A stretch of 64,000 bases of DNA from the human T2T-CHM13v2.0 reference genome, Homo sapiens, in NCBI RefSeq assembly GCF_009914755.1, contig NC_060934.1; one strand, written 5' to 3'. Made by a program: the position numbers and the translations under genes. The notes under the pieces were generated by a model that was not told where the DNA came from, made no database searches, and saw only the letters and a list, made by a program, of their open reading frames with translations. This document shows, piece by piece, positions 44,680 through 59,194 of the stretch (the first letter of the stretch is position 1; every line of letters begins with the position of its first letter).

Positions 44680-45700
44680 GAGACGTGCGCTTGCGTGGGC
44701 AAAAGCTCCTGCCGAGGCCATCAGACGCGTTGTTGAGGCTCCGGGTCCTTGGCTTTACCCTGGAGACCCAAGTCCAGGGGCCTTGGGTGCACTCAGATGG
44801 AGAAAGGTGGCAGCAAGGAGTTGGATGTGCCACTGAGACAAAAACCAACGCTAATACTCACCATCCGTGCATTGCCTTCTGTAAGCGTAACAAATGCCTG
44901 GGGCCACGGTCACCGGAAAGCCCCTCTCCTTGTCCGCGCCTGGGGTGGCTTCGGGGCTCGCCGCTGAGACGCGGGGCCAGGAGCGAGTCTGGCAACTTCC
45001 AGAGCCCTCCGCCCGCCTCCCCTGCCTCCTGCTTAGGTCGCTGCTCCGGCGGGGTGAGGCCGGGCGGGAGCGGGCAGGCTGGGCATGGCCCGCGAGGCAG
45101 GGTAGCCGGCTTGGAGCGCGGGGTCCGGGAGGCAGGCGCGGGGAAGGAGGCCGAGCGCGCCTGCCGGGAGGGCGAGCAGGAGGCGGCGGGCAAAGCCTAC
45201 TTCGCTCAGTTTTGTGCGCCTGACAGCAGCCCTTCAGCAAGGTGAATTCTTTGAGGAAGGGTCTCATTCACAAGCTGCCAAGACATCCGCGACCTATTCT
45301 TGAATTCACACAAAAATTAAAGGAAAAACAACAGCCCAACTAATTTAGCAACTTGCAAGAGGCAGCTGGTGCTCCTTTCCGCGCCCCTGGGGCCCAGTCT
45401 TCCCCTCCCCACCGCCTCCCACCCCGCCCCCACCCCCGCCTCGCCTCTGAGAGGTCTCCCCAGAGTTATTTTGTATCCTGCAGCTCCAGGCCTCATTGTG
45501 ACAGCTGAGTGACTTAGCTGGCACCGTGGGATGCGGAATGACAAAGGCGCAGAGCATCGGAGGCCCGGTGGCAGCAGGGGATGGCAAGGGATGGCGGAGG
45601 CTTGCAGCTCTGAGGACCCCCCATCCAGCAGCCGCCTGAGGTGCCCAGTCGCCCATTCCACCTCCCTCTAAAATAATGCTTCTATGAATTAAGTGAGAGG
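44680..45700. promoter_or_regulatory. Non-repeat CpG island (orphan promoter/enhancer candidate)
   Basis: Dense undepleted CpGs outside any recognisable repeat. It has GC boxes (CCCCGCCCCC at about 45422), an NRF1-like TGCGCTTGCGTG (44686-44697) and a candidate donor AAG|GTGAAT at 45241/45242. Confidence 0.7.
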
Positions 45701-46663
45701 CTTTTGCAGTCCAAAAATTGGTACTTCCAGTGTCCTCGCAGGCTGGAGATGGTGGGGTCTCAGGCTTCTGCATGTCCTGGCCCTGACAGTTCTTTTTCTG
45801 TCGCTGCCAGTAGCACCTTCTCTCTATCTCATCCATTAAGTGCCAGGTCTCCTGCCTTCTGTCCCCGAGGCCACTTCGCTCTCCCTGGCTTCCCCATCTT
45901 TGTGCCTCCTTGGTGGTGCCAGCTTCCTCTCCAGCCTGGGAGAGGTCATGGGTTCCAAAGGCCTGTCCTGGCAGTGCCGGCCTGGACTCCTGAACCGCCC
46001 CCAAGGGCCATCCTTACAGAACAGTGACTTCAGGCCTGGACTCTGAATTCAGACCTCACTGAGGGGCAAGTGGAGTGCAATGATCAGCTGCTCAGTTGGG
46101 AATTCTGACCTCCCTGAAACTGCTTAACACCTCAGAGCACAGTTTTCTTGTCTGTAAAATGGGGCATAATAGCAATATTTAAAGAGAATGGTTATGAGGA
46201 TTACATGAGCCAATTCAGGGAACTCACTTAGGTTGTAAGTGCTCCAAAAGTGTTAGCTATTATTAATAATATTGTTCTACCAAACACTAAAGACATGTTC
46301 AGCAAATATGCTCCCTCAGTCCACTTCAGCATCTTGAGTTCCCACACTATCTTCCTCAGAGGTTTTGAGTGGAGCCACAGAATTACACAACACTATCCCC
46401 AATATCAGTCCCCAACTCCTTTAATTGGCAGGAATAAAGTGTTCTTTCCCTAGCCACCCTGTAAATCAGCTCATAGGTCATTAACTGTTACTAAGAGCTC
46501 CAGACTAGGCTGAGGAAGCTGCAAAGAGGCCACTGAACAGATACTGGGCAGAATTTCTTTCTCTTCAGATACAGCTGTACTCCCAAGCAACATCCTTGTT
46601 TCCAAAAAATTCTACTTACACTTATGAGAAAGCTAATTATTTGGAAGCCAATAAGCCAATTTC

Positions 46664-47240
46664 TGTCTTAGTCCATTTTGTGTTGCTATAAGAAAATATC
46701 CAGGACTGGGTAATTTATACAGAACAGAAATTTATTTCTCACAGTTCTGGAGGCTGGGAAGTCCAAGATCAAGGTGCTGGCATCTGGTGAGGACTGCTCT
46801 CTGCTTCCAAGATGAAGCCTTGGTCGGGTGAGGTGGCTCATGCCTGTAATCCCAGCACTTTGGCAGGCCGAGGGCAGCGGATCACCTGAGGTGAGGAGTT
46901 CGAGATCAGCCTGACCAACATGGTGAAACCCTGTCTCTACTAAAAATACAACAATTAGCTGGGCATGGTGGTGCATGCCCGTAATCCCAGCTACTCGGGA
47001 AGCTGAGGCAGGAGTATCACTTCAATCTGGGAGGTGGAGGTTGCTATGAGCCAAGATCACACCACTGCACTCCAGCCTGGGCAACAGAGCAAGACTCCAT
47101 CTCAAAAATAAAATAAAATAAAATAAAATAAAATAAAATAAAATAAAATAAAATAAAGATGAAGGCTTGAATGCTGCATCTTCTGCAGGGGAGGAGCACT
47201 ACGTCCTCACATGGCAGACGGCAGAAGGGCAGAAAGGTAT
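46664..47240 (-). mobile_element. MaLR LTR (MST/MLT1A-like) split by an Alu with a (TAAAA)n tail
   Basis: TGTCTTAGTCCATTTTGTGTTGCTATAA...CACAGTTCTGGAGGCTGGGAAGTCCAAGATCAAGG. The Alu TSD is AAGATGAAG(C/G)CTT. Confidence 0.8.
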
Positions 47241-47590
47241 GGCTTTAAGAAAAATATTTGGGTCGGGTGCAGTGGCTCACCCCTGTAATCCCAGCATTTT
47301 GGGAGCCGAGGCAAACGGATCACCTGAGGTCAGGAGTTCAAGACCAGCCTGGCCAAACTGGCGAAACCCTGTCTCTACTAAAAATACAAAAAATTAGCCA
47401 GGTGTGGTGGAGGGTGCCTGTAATCCCAACTACTTGGGAGGCTGAGGCAGAACAATCACTGGAACCTGGGAGGTGGAGTTGCAGTGAGTCGAGATCACAC
47501 CACTGCACTCCAGTCTGGGTGACAGAGTGAGACTGCATCTCAAAAAAATGAAAAAGGAAGATATTTGGGTCGTATTGCATTTAGGGAACA

Positions 47591-48209
47591 CAGTGGTTCT
47601 CCCTGCCATCCATGGCTTTGCTTTCTGCAGTTTCAGTTACCTGAAGTCAATGTGGTCTAAAAATATTAAATGAAAAATTCCAGAAATAAACAAGTAGCAT
47701 GATGAAATCTCACACCATCCCTCCATCCTTTCTTCATCACAAGAAGGGTACAATAAGATATTTTGAGAGGGAGACTACATTCCCATAACTTTTAGTACAG
47801 TATATTATTATATTTTTTCTGTTTTTAAATTATTAATAATTATTTTGAGATAGAGTCTCACTCTGTCACCCAGGCTGGAGTGCAGTGGCATGATCATGCT
47901 CACCACAGCCTCAACCTTCCAGGCTCAAGCTGTCCTCCCAACTCAGCCTGCTAAGTAGCTGGGATTACAGGCATGTGAACAGCTAATTTTTAAATTTTTT
48001 GTAGAGATGCTACAATAAATTTTGTTGCCCTGGCTCTATTTTATTATTAATTGTTGTTGCTAATCTTTTACTGTGCCTAATTTATAGATTAAACTTTATC
48101 ATAGATATGTATATATAGAAAAAAAACCATAGTATATATAGGATTCAGTACTATCTGTGGTTTCAGGCATCCACTGGGAATCTTGGAACATATCCCCTGA
48201 ACACTACTG
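47591..48209 (+). mobile_element. MER44/Tigger-type DNA transposon (MITE-like) with an Alu fragment inside
   Basis: CAGT...TTTCAGTTACC...AAAATTCCAGAAATAAACAA...GGTTTCAGGCATCCACTGGG..TCTTGGAAC...ACTACTG; CAGT/ACTG termini. Confidence 0.75.
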
Positions 48210-48224
48210 TTTGTTAATTTAGGT

Positions 48225-48610
48225 TAAGCAATACCACCTGCTATAGCAGAAAAACTTCAGCATCTCTTCGGCTTAACACAATAAGGTGTATTTCTCCTGT
48301 TACATATCAGAACAAGTGGGAGGAGTCTGCTCCATGCAGTTACTTAGGGGTCCACGCTAATGGCAGCTCTGCTAACTTGTAGCTCATCATCTGGAACACA
48401 TGGCTTCTGAGATACTACCGAAGGGGAAGAGAGGAATGGAGAATGACTCACTCTGGTTCTTAACTCTTTGAACCAGAAGTAACACATATCATTTCAGCTT
48501 CTCATCCATTGGCTGAAACTAGCCACATGGTTCTAACCTAATGGAGGGGAAGGCTATGAAATGCAGGGGTGCACAGGGACTATTTGGTGAACACTAATTT
48601 TTCTGCTACA
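48225..48610 (-). mobile_element. Ancient MLT1-type MaLR LTR
   Basis: GGCTTAACACAATAAGG...CCAGAAGTAACACA...CATTGGCTGAAACTAGCCACATGG...CTACA. Confidence 0.6.
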
Positions 48611-50168
48611 GAGAAAGATATTACAAATTACAAATAAGCTGAACTTAGAGTTATTTCATGTCATCAGTTGCAATTCAGGAAACGAAATCTAGGAATTATT
48701 ACAGACTGTTTACCACAGGTTATGACTCCATGTGTGGCATTGGAATTGGTAGAAAACAGATCTCAGTCTCGGTAACAGATATGCCAAGTCACATTGGCCA
48801 TGGAAGTGAGGCACATGGAGCAGATGAATAGGCTGCAAACACCAGAAGGGGCAGCTCAGATAAGAGGTCCTCAAAATATGATACTTGATTTTGGAAAGAG
48901 AAAAGGTACAATGGGAACAGTTCCAAGACTATGTATGTACATATATACCACAGAAAAAAATAGCAAATGTAGTACATGTAATAAAAATAGAACACTCCAT
49001 TGGTCAAATGCTAAGATGCTACGTGTTTAAAGTCACTCTTCAACAAACACACACAGAGTAGAAAAAGTGGTTTTAGACTGGGTAACAGGAAGTACTACTT
49101 TACGGTAGTTAGGAAATATATTCATGCAGGCTTCATGTATTTAATGAATGTCTATGATGTGTTTGACATTTACAAGAAATCTGTAAGCATATGAAGTTTA
49201 CAGTCTAATTTCTGAATTTAGACAGATAGATCTTAGATAAACAGATAACAGATCCTTAACCTTTTATTTTACTTAACATTATTTATTACTACTATGTGCA
49301 AGACACTTTGGAGAATATAAAGATGAACCAACCCCAATCCCAACCCTGAAGCAATTTATAGGCAAGGTTGTAGGCTGAGTGCGGTGGCTCACTCCTGTAA
49401 TCCCAGCACTTTGGGAGGCCAAGGTGGGCGGATCACTTGAGGTCAGGAGTTCAAGACCAGCCTGGCCAGCATGGTGAAACCCCATCTCTACTAAAAACAC
49501 AAAAATTAGCCGGGTATGGTGGTGCACGCCTGTAGTCCCAGCTACTCAGGAGGCTGAGGCAGAAGAATTGCTTGAGTCTGGGAGGCTGATCTGAGATTGC
49601 ACCACTGCATTCCAGCCTGAATGACAGAGCAAGACTCTGTCTCAAAAAAAAAAAAAAAAAAAAAAAAAAGGCTCAGGTGTGGTGGCTTACGTCTGTAATC
49701 CCAGCACTTTGGGAGGCTGAGGTGGGTGGATCACGAGGTCAGGAGTTCAAGACCAGCCTGGCCAAGATGTTGAAACCCTGTCTCTACTGAAAGTACAAAA
49801 ATTAGCTGGGTATGGCGGTAGGTGCCTGTAATCCCAGCTATTTGGGAGGCTGAGGCAAAGAATTGCTTGAACCCGGGAGGTGGAGGTTGCAGTGAGCCGA
49901 GATCGTGCCACTGCGCTCCAGCCTGGGCAACAGAGCAAGACTCAGTCTCAAAAAAAAAAACAAGGCTGTATGAAGCTGAGCTATGCCCTCTTACAAGCAG
50001 TCTCGTTACTGATACCAGTAGGTATCAGAGAGGTATCAAGCTGGTGAAATGGTTCACCAGACTGATCCCCTTGGCCTTCCTTGGGATGCAACTTGAAAGA
50101 TGAACTTTAACCTGAAGTTCAATAATGAACCTGCCACTTTGGGAGGCCAAAGCGGGAAGTTCGCTTGA

Positions 50169-50390
<222 letters not shown>

Positions 50391-50620
50391 TAGTAGAGAC
50401 AGGGTTCACCAGGTTAGCCAGGATGGTCTCAATCTCCTGACCTCGTGATCCGCCCGCCTTGGCCTCCCAAAGTGCTGGGATTACAGGAGTGAGCCACCGC
50501 GCCCAGCCAACTTTATCTCATTTTTAAAAAATACATTTAAAGAGGAAATAATGAACTTGCCAACTTGAATGACCTGATGCTGTCTGCATTGGTTACCTTA
50601 TAGCTGGAAAGGCAAATTCA

Positions 50621-50977
<357 letters not shown>

Positions 50978-51162
50978 TTATAATTCATGCAAACCATCCG
51001 AGGAGACTTGACATTCTTGTAAGTTCTAGTAAGTTACTTTTTTACTACTTTAGTTTCCTTAGCTGAAAAATTTAGTTTGACCTTCAGCCACAAGAGAGAG
51101 ATTAACTGAGGCAAAAAACTGGAATACATGCTAAAATATTATCATTCAGTGTTAGTATCTAG

Positions 51163-51513
<351 letters not shown>

Positions 51514-51731
51514 TAATATGGGGTCTTGCTCTGTGTCCCAGGCTGGAGTGCAGTCGTGTGACCATAGTTCACTGCAGCCTTGATCTTCTGGGCTCAAGCC
51601 ATACTCCTGACCTTAGCCTCCCAAGTAGCTCGGATTATAGGCACAGGCCACAATGCTCAGCTAATGTTTTAGTTTTTGCAGAGATCAGGTCTTGCTATGT
51701 TGCCCAGCCCGGTCTTGAGCTCCGGGCCTCA

Positions 51732-51911
<180 letters not shown>

Positions 51912-52169
51912 TCACGAGGTCAGGAGATCGAGGCCATCCTGGCTAACACAGTGAAACCCTGTCTCTACTAAAAATACAAAAAATTAGCCAGGCGTGGTGG
52001 CGGGCACCTGTAGTCCCAGCTACTTGGGATGGGAGGCTGAGGCAGGAGAATGGCGTGAACCCGGGAGGCGGAGCTTGCAGTGAGCGGAGACTGCACCACT
52101 GTATTCCAGCCTGGGCGACAGAGTGAGACTCCGTCTCAAAAAAAAAAAAAAAAACAAAAAAAAAACCAG

Positions 52170-52300
52170 TATGGCTTTGGTGACTCGAGGGAAAGGGTGG
52201 GGGGGTGAGGGATAAAATACTATATATTGGGTACAGAGTACACTGCTCAGGTGTTGCGTGCACCAAAATCTCAGATATCACCACTAAAATCTTGTTCATG
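52170..52300 (+). mobile_element. L1PB-like 3' end fragment
   Basis: GAGGGATAAAATACTATATATTGGGTACAGAGTACACTGCTCAGGTG...AAAATCTCAGA.ATCACCACTAAA. Confidence 0.75.
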
Positions 52301-52916
52301 TATAAATAAATAAATAAATAAATAAGAAAAAATGCAGTAACAAGAAAAGCAAGTAATTCAGAAGTTTCACTCTTTCATCAATTCTTTTGTTTTCTTCCAT
52401 CAATTCTTTAGGCACAGTACAAAAATATTGACTGTTTGGGAACCAAGGGTAAATGAATAAATTACTCAGGGCAGAGATTTGTGATTTACCATTTAAATAA
52501 GTTGTAGGATTTGAGGCCTGGCTAAGATGATATAAAACAATTCCCTTGATTAAATCTATTCATTAATTTAACAGTTACTTATTAAGCATTGGCTACGTAT
52601 CAGGCACTGTACCAGGCTCTGAGGATATAGCTGTCTGCATAGGGCTTCCTGCTTTGTAGAAAACCCAACTTTAAGACAAGGCCACTCAGTGATTTGCTCA
52701 AGGCTTACACGCATTAGTTGGTTACAGAGATGGATAAAAATAAATCTGAGTGTCCTACTCTTAATTTGGCACTCCGTTCCACATTCCTTTGCCACTGGCC
52801 CTCTGAGCTGTGTGTTTTCCTTCTGTACTGAAAACAGAATAAGAGGCTGGGCACAGTGGCTCACGCCTGTAATCCCAGCACTTTAGGAGGCTGAGGCGGC
52901 CGAGGAAGGTGGATCA

Positions 52917-53192
<276 letters not shown>

Positions 53193-53521
53193 TTAGGTTG
53201 CAAAAACTGGAGAAAATTGTTAGTAGTTAAATTAAACTTGACTTATACTTCCTTACCCCTGTAAATTTATAAAGTAGTCCAGTGATTCTTAAATGTACTC
53301 TGGTCAGTTAACCAGATACGAAGATAGTTTCATTGTCTATATTGAAATAGAAAATAAAAAAAGAAGAAAAAAGTGAGAAAATGAACATATTGATATAAAG
53401 TTGCCCACTCTTTTTTCATGGGAAGGGCTATCTTTTATTCAGGGAGTATGTTCTTCTTACTATTTTGGGGGATAAAATGTCCTTTATTCTGTGAAATGAT
53501 GCTGATAGTAGATAGCCATTA

Positions 53522-53872
<351 letters not shown>

Positions 53873-54506
53873 TCAGTTTCCTCAAATTCTTTTTGAAGTG
53901 TTACTCTCCTACAAAATCCAAAAGACTGTGAATCGCAAAGTTAAACACTGGGGTGGTTCAAATTTTTGTTTTTTAGAGACAGGGTTCTACTCTGTCACCC
54001 AGGCTGGAGTGCAGTGATGGAGTCATAGCTCACTGTAGCCTCCAACTCCTGGGCTCAAGTGATCCTCCCACGTCAGCCTCCCCAGTAGCTGAGACTACAG
54101 GTGTGTGTCACCATGTCTGGCTAATATTTAAATTTTTTATAGAGATAGGGGTCTGGCTATCTTGCCTAGGCTGGTGTCAAACTCCTGGCCTCCAGCCATC
54201 CTCCCATCTCAGCCTCCCAAAGCATTGGGAATACAGGTGTGAGTCACCATACCCTGTCCAAATTTTCTTTGGTATAGCCTGGTGCTAAAAACTGTCTTTA
54301 TTAAGACTATTTGGACATCACTAATTGATATGATTAGTGAAAGGCCACCTCACCTTTGAGTCTCAAAACAAAAACCAAAAGATCCCCGACAACTTTGTTC
54401 TTCAACAATCTTTAGCTAATTCTACAATCTCTTATCACTCTCCTGTCTTCCTCAGAATCTCTCATTTGAGGCTGAGGCATGTTTCTGGTTTATAGAAATC
54501 AATGGT

Positions 54507-54836
54507 CGGGCTAGTCTTGACCTCCTGGGCTCAAGCGGCCTCCCAAAGTGCTGGGATTACGGGCCCTGTAATTCCAGTACTTTTGGAGGCTGTTTGAACC
54601 CAGGAGTTCAAGACCAGCCTGGGCAACATGGTGAAACCCTGTCTCTATTAAAAATACAAAAAATTAGCCGGGTGTGATGGCATACTCCTGTAGTCCCAGC
54701 TAACCGGAGGCTGAGGTGGGAGGATCGCCTGAGCCTGGGAAGTTGAGGCTGCAGTGAGGCATGATTGTGCCACTGCACTCCAGCATGGGCAACAGGAACA
54801 AGACCCTGTCTTAAGATAAATAAATAAATAAGAAAT
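54507..54836 (+). mobile_element. Alu with a fold-back inverted duplication of its 5' end
   Basis: The TSD AAATCAATGGT (54496-54506 / 54837-54847) encloses both arms. Confidence 0.8.
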
Positions 54837-54844
54837 AAATCAAT

Positions 54845-56305
54845 GGTTGTTCACCCTGACTGCACAGGGTGATTTGGAAAAATGCTGATGAAGGGCCCCT
54901 CTCCCCAAATATTCTAATTTAATTGGCCTTACGTGGGACTTAGGCTCTAGGCTGGTTCAAGAGCTCCTCAGGTGATTGCTACGTGTGGCCAGGGAGGCAA
55001 ACCACAGGTATGAATGGTGTGTCTTCATTAAGTAGCTTTTATGGCACTAGGGCAGTTACACAGATGAACAAACTGGTCCATGCAGTAGAAAAGCTAATTA
55101 GGAAAACAGGCAAAATATGACAAGAGAGTAGGGTAAATGCTTTTATTTATTCCATAATTCAACAAATATTAGCTAAGCACTTAACAAGCGCCAGTGCTGG
55201 AGTGAAGCCAGGCTCTCAGTCCTGTGGGCTACCTGCAAAAACCAGGAAAACTTCACAGAGGAGGCAGCAGCCAAGCAGGAATTGGGAGGAGTGCTTAGCC
55301 AAGGTCTTTATCAGATAAGGCAGGGAGTGAGGGCATCGCAGTGAGGACAGGGTGTGCTGGGCACAGACAAGTGGCAGGCTCGGGAAGCTGGAGATGAGAT
55401 ACTAGTGAGGTGCAGATATGCATACCTTTAGAGGACTAAGGGGTTTAGGCTTGGTCCAGAACGCATTTAAAAGACGTTAAAGGTTTTAAAGCAGGAATGC
55501 ATAAATTAGATGTGGGTACAGAATACTGGTATTTGAGATAACCCCAGCTGTTCATAAAGGCAGCTGTAGCTAGAATTTCCTAACCAGTTTAATGCTTTGA
55601 CTGATCATCCCCCATCCCCTCTGCCCTTGACTGAAGTAACCAGACATTGTGACCTTGTGGGGTCAGTTTCTAGTCAATGAAGGGAGAGGATTCCATGTGG
55701 CAGTTGGAAGGGAGGTGTAGATCAATGTTTTTTAAGTGACTAATTGAATGTAAATAGAATTCACCATGGGCTGGGCCCTGGACAAATACGTTTAGCGTCC
55801 TTGCCTGTGCCTCCTTACCCAATTTCCTTTAGAAGGACTTGGTAGTGCCTCTGTGGATGTGGTACCTCTTATCAGGCTGTTTGTCTGACTTGCTTCAGAG
55901 CAAGTAAACAAACCCAAAAGATCAAACCATCTGGGTTCCCAGAGGTTCCTGCAGCTCCTCTGCACTTTATTATTCTTGTTCAGAACTCAAGGACAAATAG
56001 GTCAGATCATGAAATCAGCCCAGTACTAGGGACTATAACCTTTTGGCTAAGACACTCACAGAAGAAGTAACTTCCTCGGTTGGGGAAGAAGAAGATTTAG
56101 CCTAGGCCAGTGGTTCTCAAATTTAGTGACTGTAAGCTTCAAGACTAGTCATGAGCTAAAAATATATTTTTGGGAGACTCGCTTCAGACTTACTGAATCA
56201 GAATCTCTGGGGTTGGGCCAAGGAAACTGTCTTTCAAACACTCATTCCCAGATCATTCTGATTCCAGTGATCTGTAGATTGCATGGAGCAGTATAACTAG
56301 TCAGT
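54845..56305. mobile_element. MER5-type hAT fragments (about 54845-55005 and 56108-56305) and an L2 fragment (about 55145-55520)
   Basis: CAGTGGTTCTCAAA...AGACTTACTGAATCAGAATCTCTGGGG; CAGGTGATT...AACCAC; L2-like ATTCAACAAATATT...AAGCAC. Confidence 0.6.
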
Positions 56306-58989
56306 GGTTCTGGTCTGTGGTGGTGGCTGGCAGCTGTTTTGGGGTTGTGGGGGACAGGTCAGATAAGCTTCTCCATTCATAATCCTCCAGCCCAGTAGGC
56401 TTGCAAAATTTGCACCATGCTTGGTTTTCAATTCAGGCTATTTCTAGGTTAATTTCTTAATTGAGCTATTTAGCTCAGCAGAGGACCTGAGATACCACAG
56501 ATAAGAGAGCGGTTTAGGAGTAAGCATTAAATATCTCTGACTGTGTCTCTTATTATCCTTTCCAGTCCCACTTATCTGAAGAGCCAGATTTCTCAAAGGA
56601 CAAGTAACCCTAGAGGGGAGTATCAATGGGAAAGCTATGGATTCCTTGCCACATCCCCGTTACAGAACTATGCTTGTTAAGAACAGAATCTCAAGAAAAC
56701 ATATCAAGAGGTTGAATGAAGACATTTCTCTCTTCTGTATTCCTGATCTCCTGGGGTTACAAGAGCACAGGTTTAGGCAAACATAGCCGATTTCTCTCTA
56801 AGGTGTCTCTTCACTTCTTGATGCACTGGAGATCCTTGTGGAATAATACATTAGTGATAATGAGTGTTGGGTGCTCACAAATCACCCACAATTCATTGGC
56901 TGAAGGCATCTTAAACGTGGACTTTTTGGCTTTTATTGTCTTTAGCTGCTTCTTTTAACATACTTTAGTTTGAGTGTACAGATTTGGGGTTTTCAAACTT
57001 GTTTTTAATTAAGGCATGGTTTATTTTTATTGCTTGAGATAAAATGCAGTCTGAGGGTCACAAATGTAATTTACAAAATAAAGTGCATCTGGGCAGACCA
57101 TAAGAAAAAAAAAGAACAGAAAGCCTAAATAAAGAGTGGGCCAGGATTCTTAAGTTTATTTAGTAACTTCTTGGAGAATAAAAATCCCAGCACCTGCATT
57201 ATAAAAAAGCACACCTTATAAGTGTCCTTCTCTTCGAAACACCTAAGTGAACTACACTGAATTATGAACTAACTAATGGTTTGTAAAAATTCGCCTTGAG
57301 CAAGCTATTGAAGATACTAAATAAACGAGGCTGAGACAGAGTCTGAGGAAACCCAACCTGCTGTTTGTTTTATCAGTAATGTAACTCAAAAGTAGCCAAG
57401 CGGATGGCTGGAGTTTTCTCTGTGTTTTGTTTCCCTGGGCTGAGCCTGTGAATGCCAAGATTTAATCTAAAGAGGTTTGTGTTTTAAAAAACTAACAACC
57501 AAGTAATAAAACACCTATAAAAACTGTTTATAATGGAACCGGTGACAGTTTGTAGTGTAGTATTACAATTCTTCTGCTCCCCCTCGACCTTTCTCTATCC
57601 TTTCATCCAACTCTGTGCCCTTTGTCTAAGTTCCTTTCTCACCTTGCTGCCAAGAAGCTCAGGAGGAGAGGGAGCTCACACCCCAAAGCAGCAGACCATC
57701 TTTAAAAAATGAAGTGTGTGTTGTGGTCTGCATTTGAAGACAGGGCTGCGTGTGCTGCTTGTTTTGTCTGAGATAAGGACGAAGATAAGTTGTCCTAACA
57801 AAGTACCTACCTAGTTGTACAGTGGTTTCTAATGGGAAGGTGAAGATGCCGCTGCAGTGTCAGTGGCATGAGGCTGCAGGAGTCAACCAGGGCAGGAAGC
57901 CTGGGGCCTCCCCTCCCTGGCACCCGGCATAGCCATGCCCAGGCCCAAGATGGCCCTGACTCCAGGGACAGACTTCAGGCAACAGGTGGTTTTCCACCCA
58001 GGCCACCATGCCTGAAACTTGGTTCTTTTGCAAAGCCATAGTTCTCCTCCCCCTCTCAAAGAAATGGCGCCTGGGAGGGAAACTTCGTGCTCAAACTCTC
58101 TAGGAGCCATTTCTCAGCCCACCTTTCCTATTTTCTGAAGTCTCCCTTGCCAGCATCCCATTCACCTCCGGAAAGAACCAGGGGCGCTCTCTTCAGAGTC
58201 CAGAGAGCTCTGGGAGGCATGTGGGCAGCGTCAGAGTGGCCTCGCCTGGGCGGCCAGAGGAGCCCCCAGTCTCCCTCAAGTGGGCCTCAGGAACTCGGGG
58301 GGCCCAGGGGAAGCCTGGAAAACCGAACTTCGCCATCAGCCTTCCTTACAGCGCTGGCTAAAAGAGAGGGGGGGAAGGGCCCCCCAGCGGTCTTCCCCGC
58401 CCCCCTCCCGCCTCAGCCCCTCTGCCATCCGCCTGCACCGCCCAAGAAAGCACCCAGAACGCGGCTGAGCTCGCCAGCTCCTCGCAGGCAGGGAGAGAGC
58501 ATCCTGGGGGGCAGCTTCCCCCTCCAGCCCGCGTCTGACATCCCCACTCCCACACAAGGATGCCGCCGCCGTGCCCTGTCCGCAGTCGCTGAATGTCACT
58601 GCTCCCTCTTCCTCCCGATCAGGGTAGACACAGCTCCCGAGGCGTCCCCCACCCCAAAACTGCCGCGATCGCCCGAAGGCGCAAAGCCTGGGCGAAGGAC
58701 GAAGTTTGGGGCCCACAGCGACGGGAGTGGGGACGCGTTGGCGAGGACCGCACCTCAGTCCCAGCCCTGGCGGGCACACTCCCCGCCCCAAACGGCCCAG
58801 GCGTCCCCATCCTCCCGCGGACACCAGCGTCTCCGCCCTCCCCCGAGGGCGGCGAGAGGAGCCCCCCGGGGCGGAGGCAGGTACCCCCGGGGCGGAGACT
58901 GGGGCGGGCGGGGTCCGGGCTGCGCCCCCGGCCAGGCCGGGCGGGCTGGCGGGCGGCGCGGGGGGAGCGGGGCTGGGCGGCGCTGCCTC

Positions 58990-59194
58990 GGGCTCTGTGC
59001 GCTGCAGCCCGGAGCCGAGGAGGAGGAGGCGGAGGAGGAGAAGGAGGCGGCGGCGGTGGGTCCCGGGCGGGGGGAGCGCGGCGCTGCGGACCCGGGCGGC
59101 TGGCAAAGGACGAGGCGGAGGCTGAGGAAGGCAGCGGGGAGACCCAGGCTGCAGCAACAAAGGGCAGCGAGCGATTGGCCGGGCTGCAGGCGAG
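58990..59194 (+). other. KAT6B: Candidate alternative upstream non-coding first exon
   Basis: GGA/GGC-repeat-rich UTR-like stretch downstream of a GC-box cluster, ending at donor GAG|GTTAGC (59194/59195). The start position is approximate. Confidence 0.45.

Noticed and set aside
44685-46004. ORFs of 107-219 aa at the orphan CpG island
   Set aside because: Mostly non-ATG starts, overlapping frames and no protein-family signal. They are composition artefacts.
47105-47157. (TAAAA)n and similar (TAAA)n/(GAAA)n tracts
   Set aside because: These are ordinary Alu-tail microsatellites.
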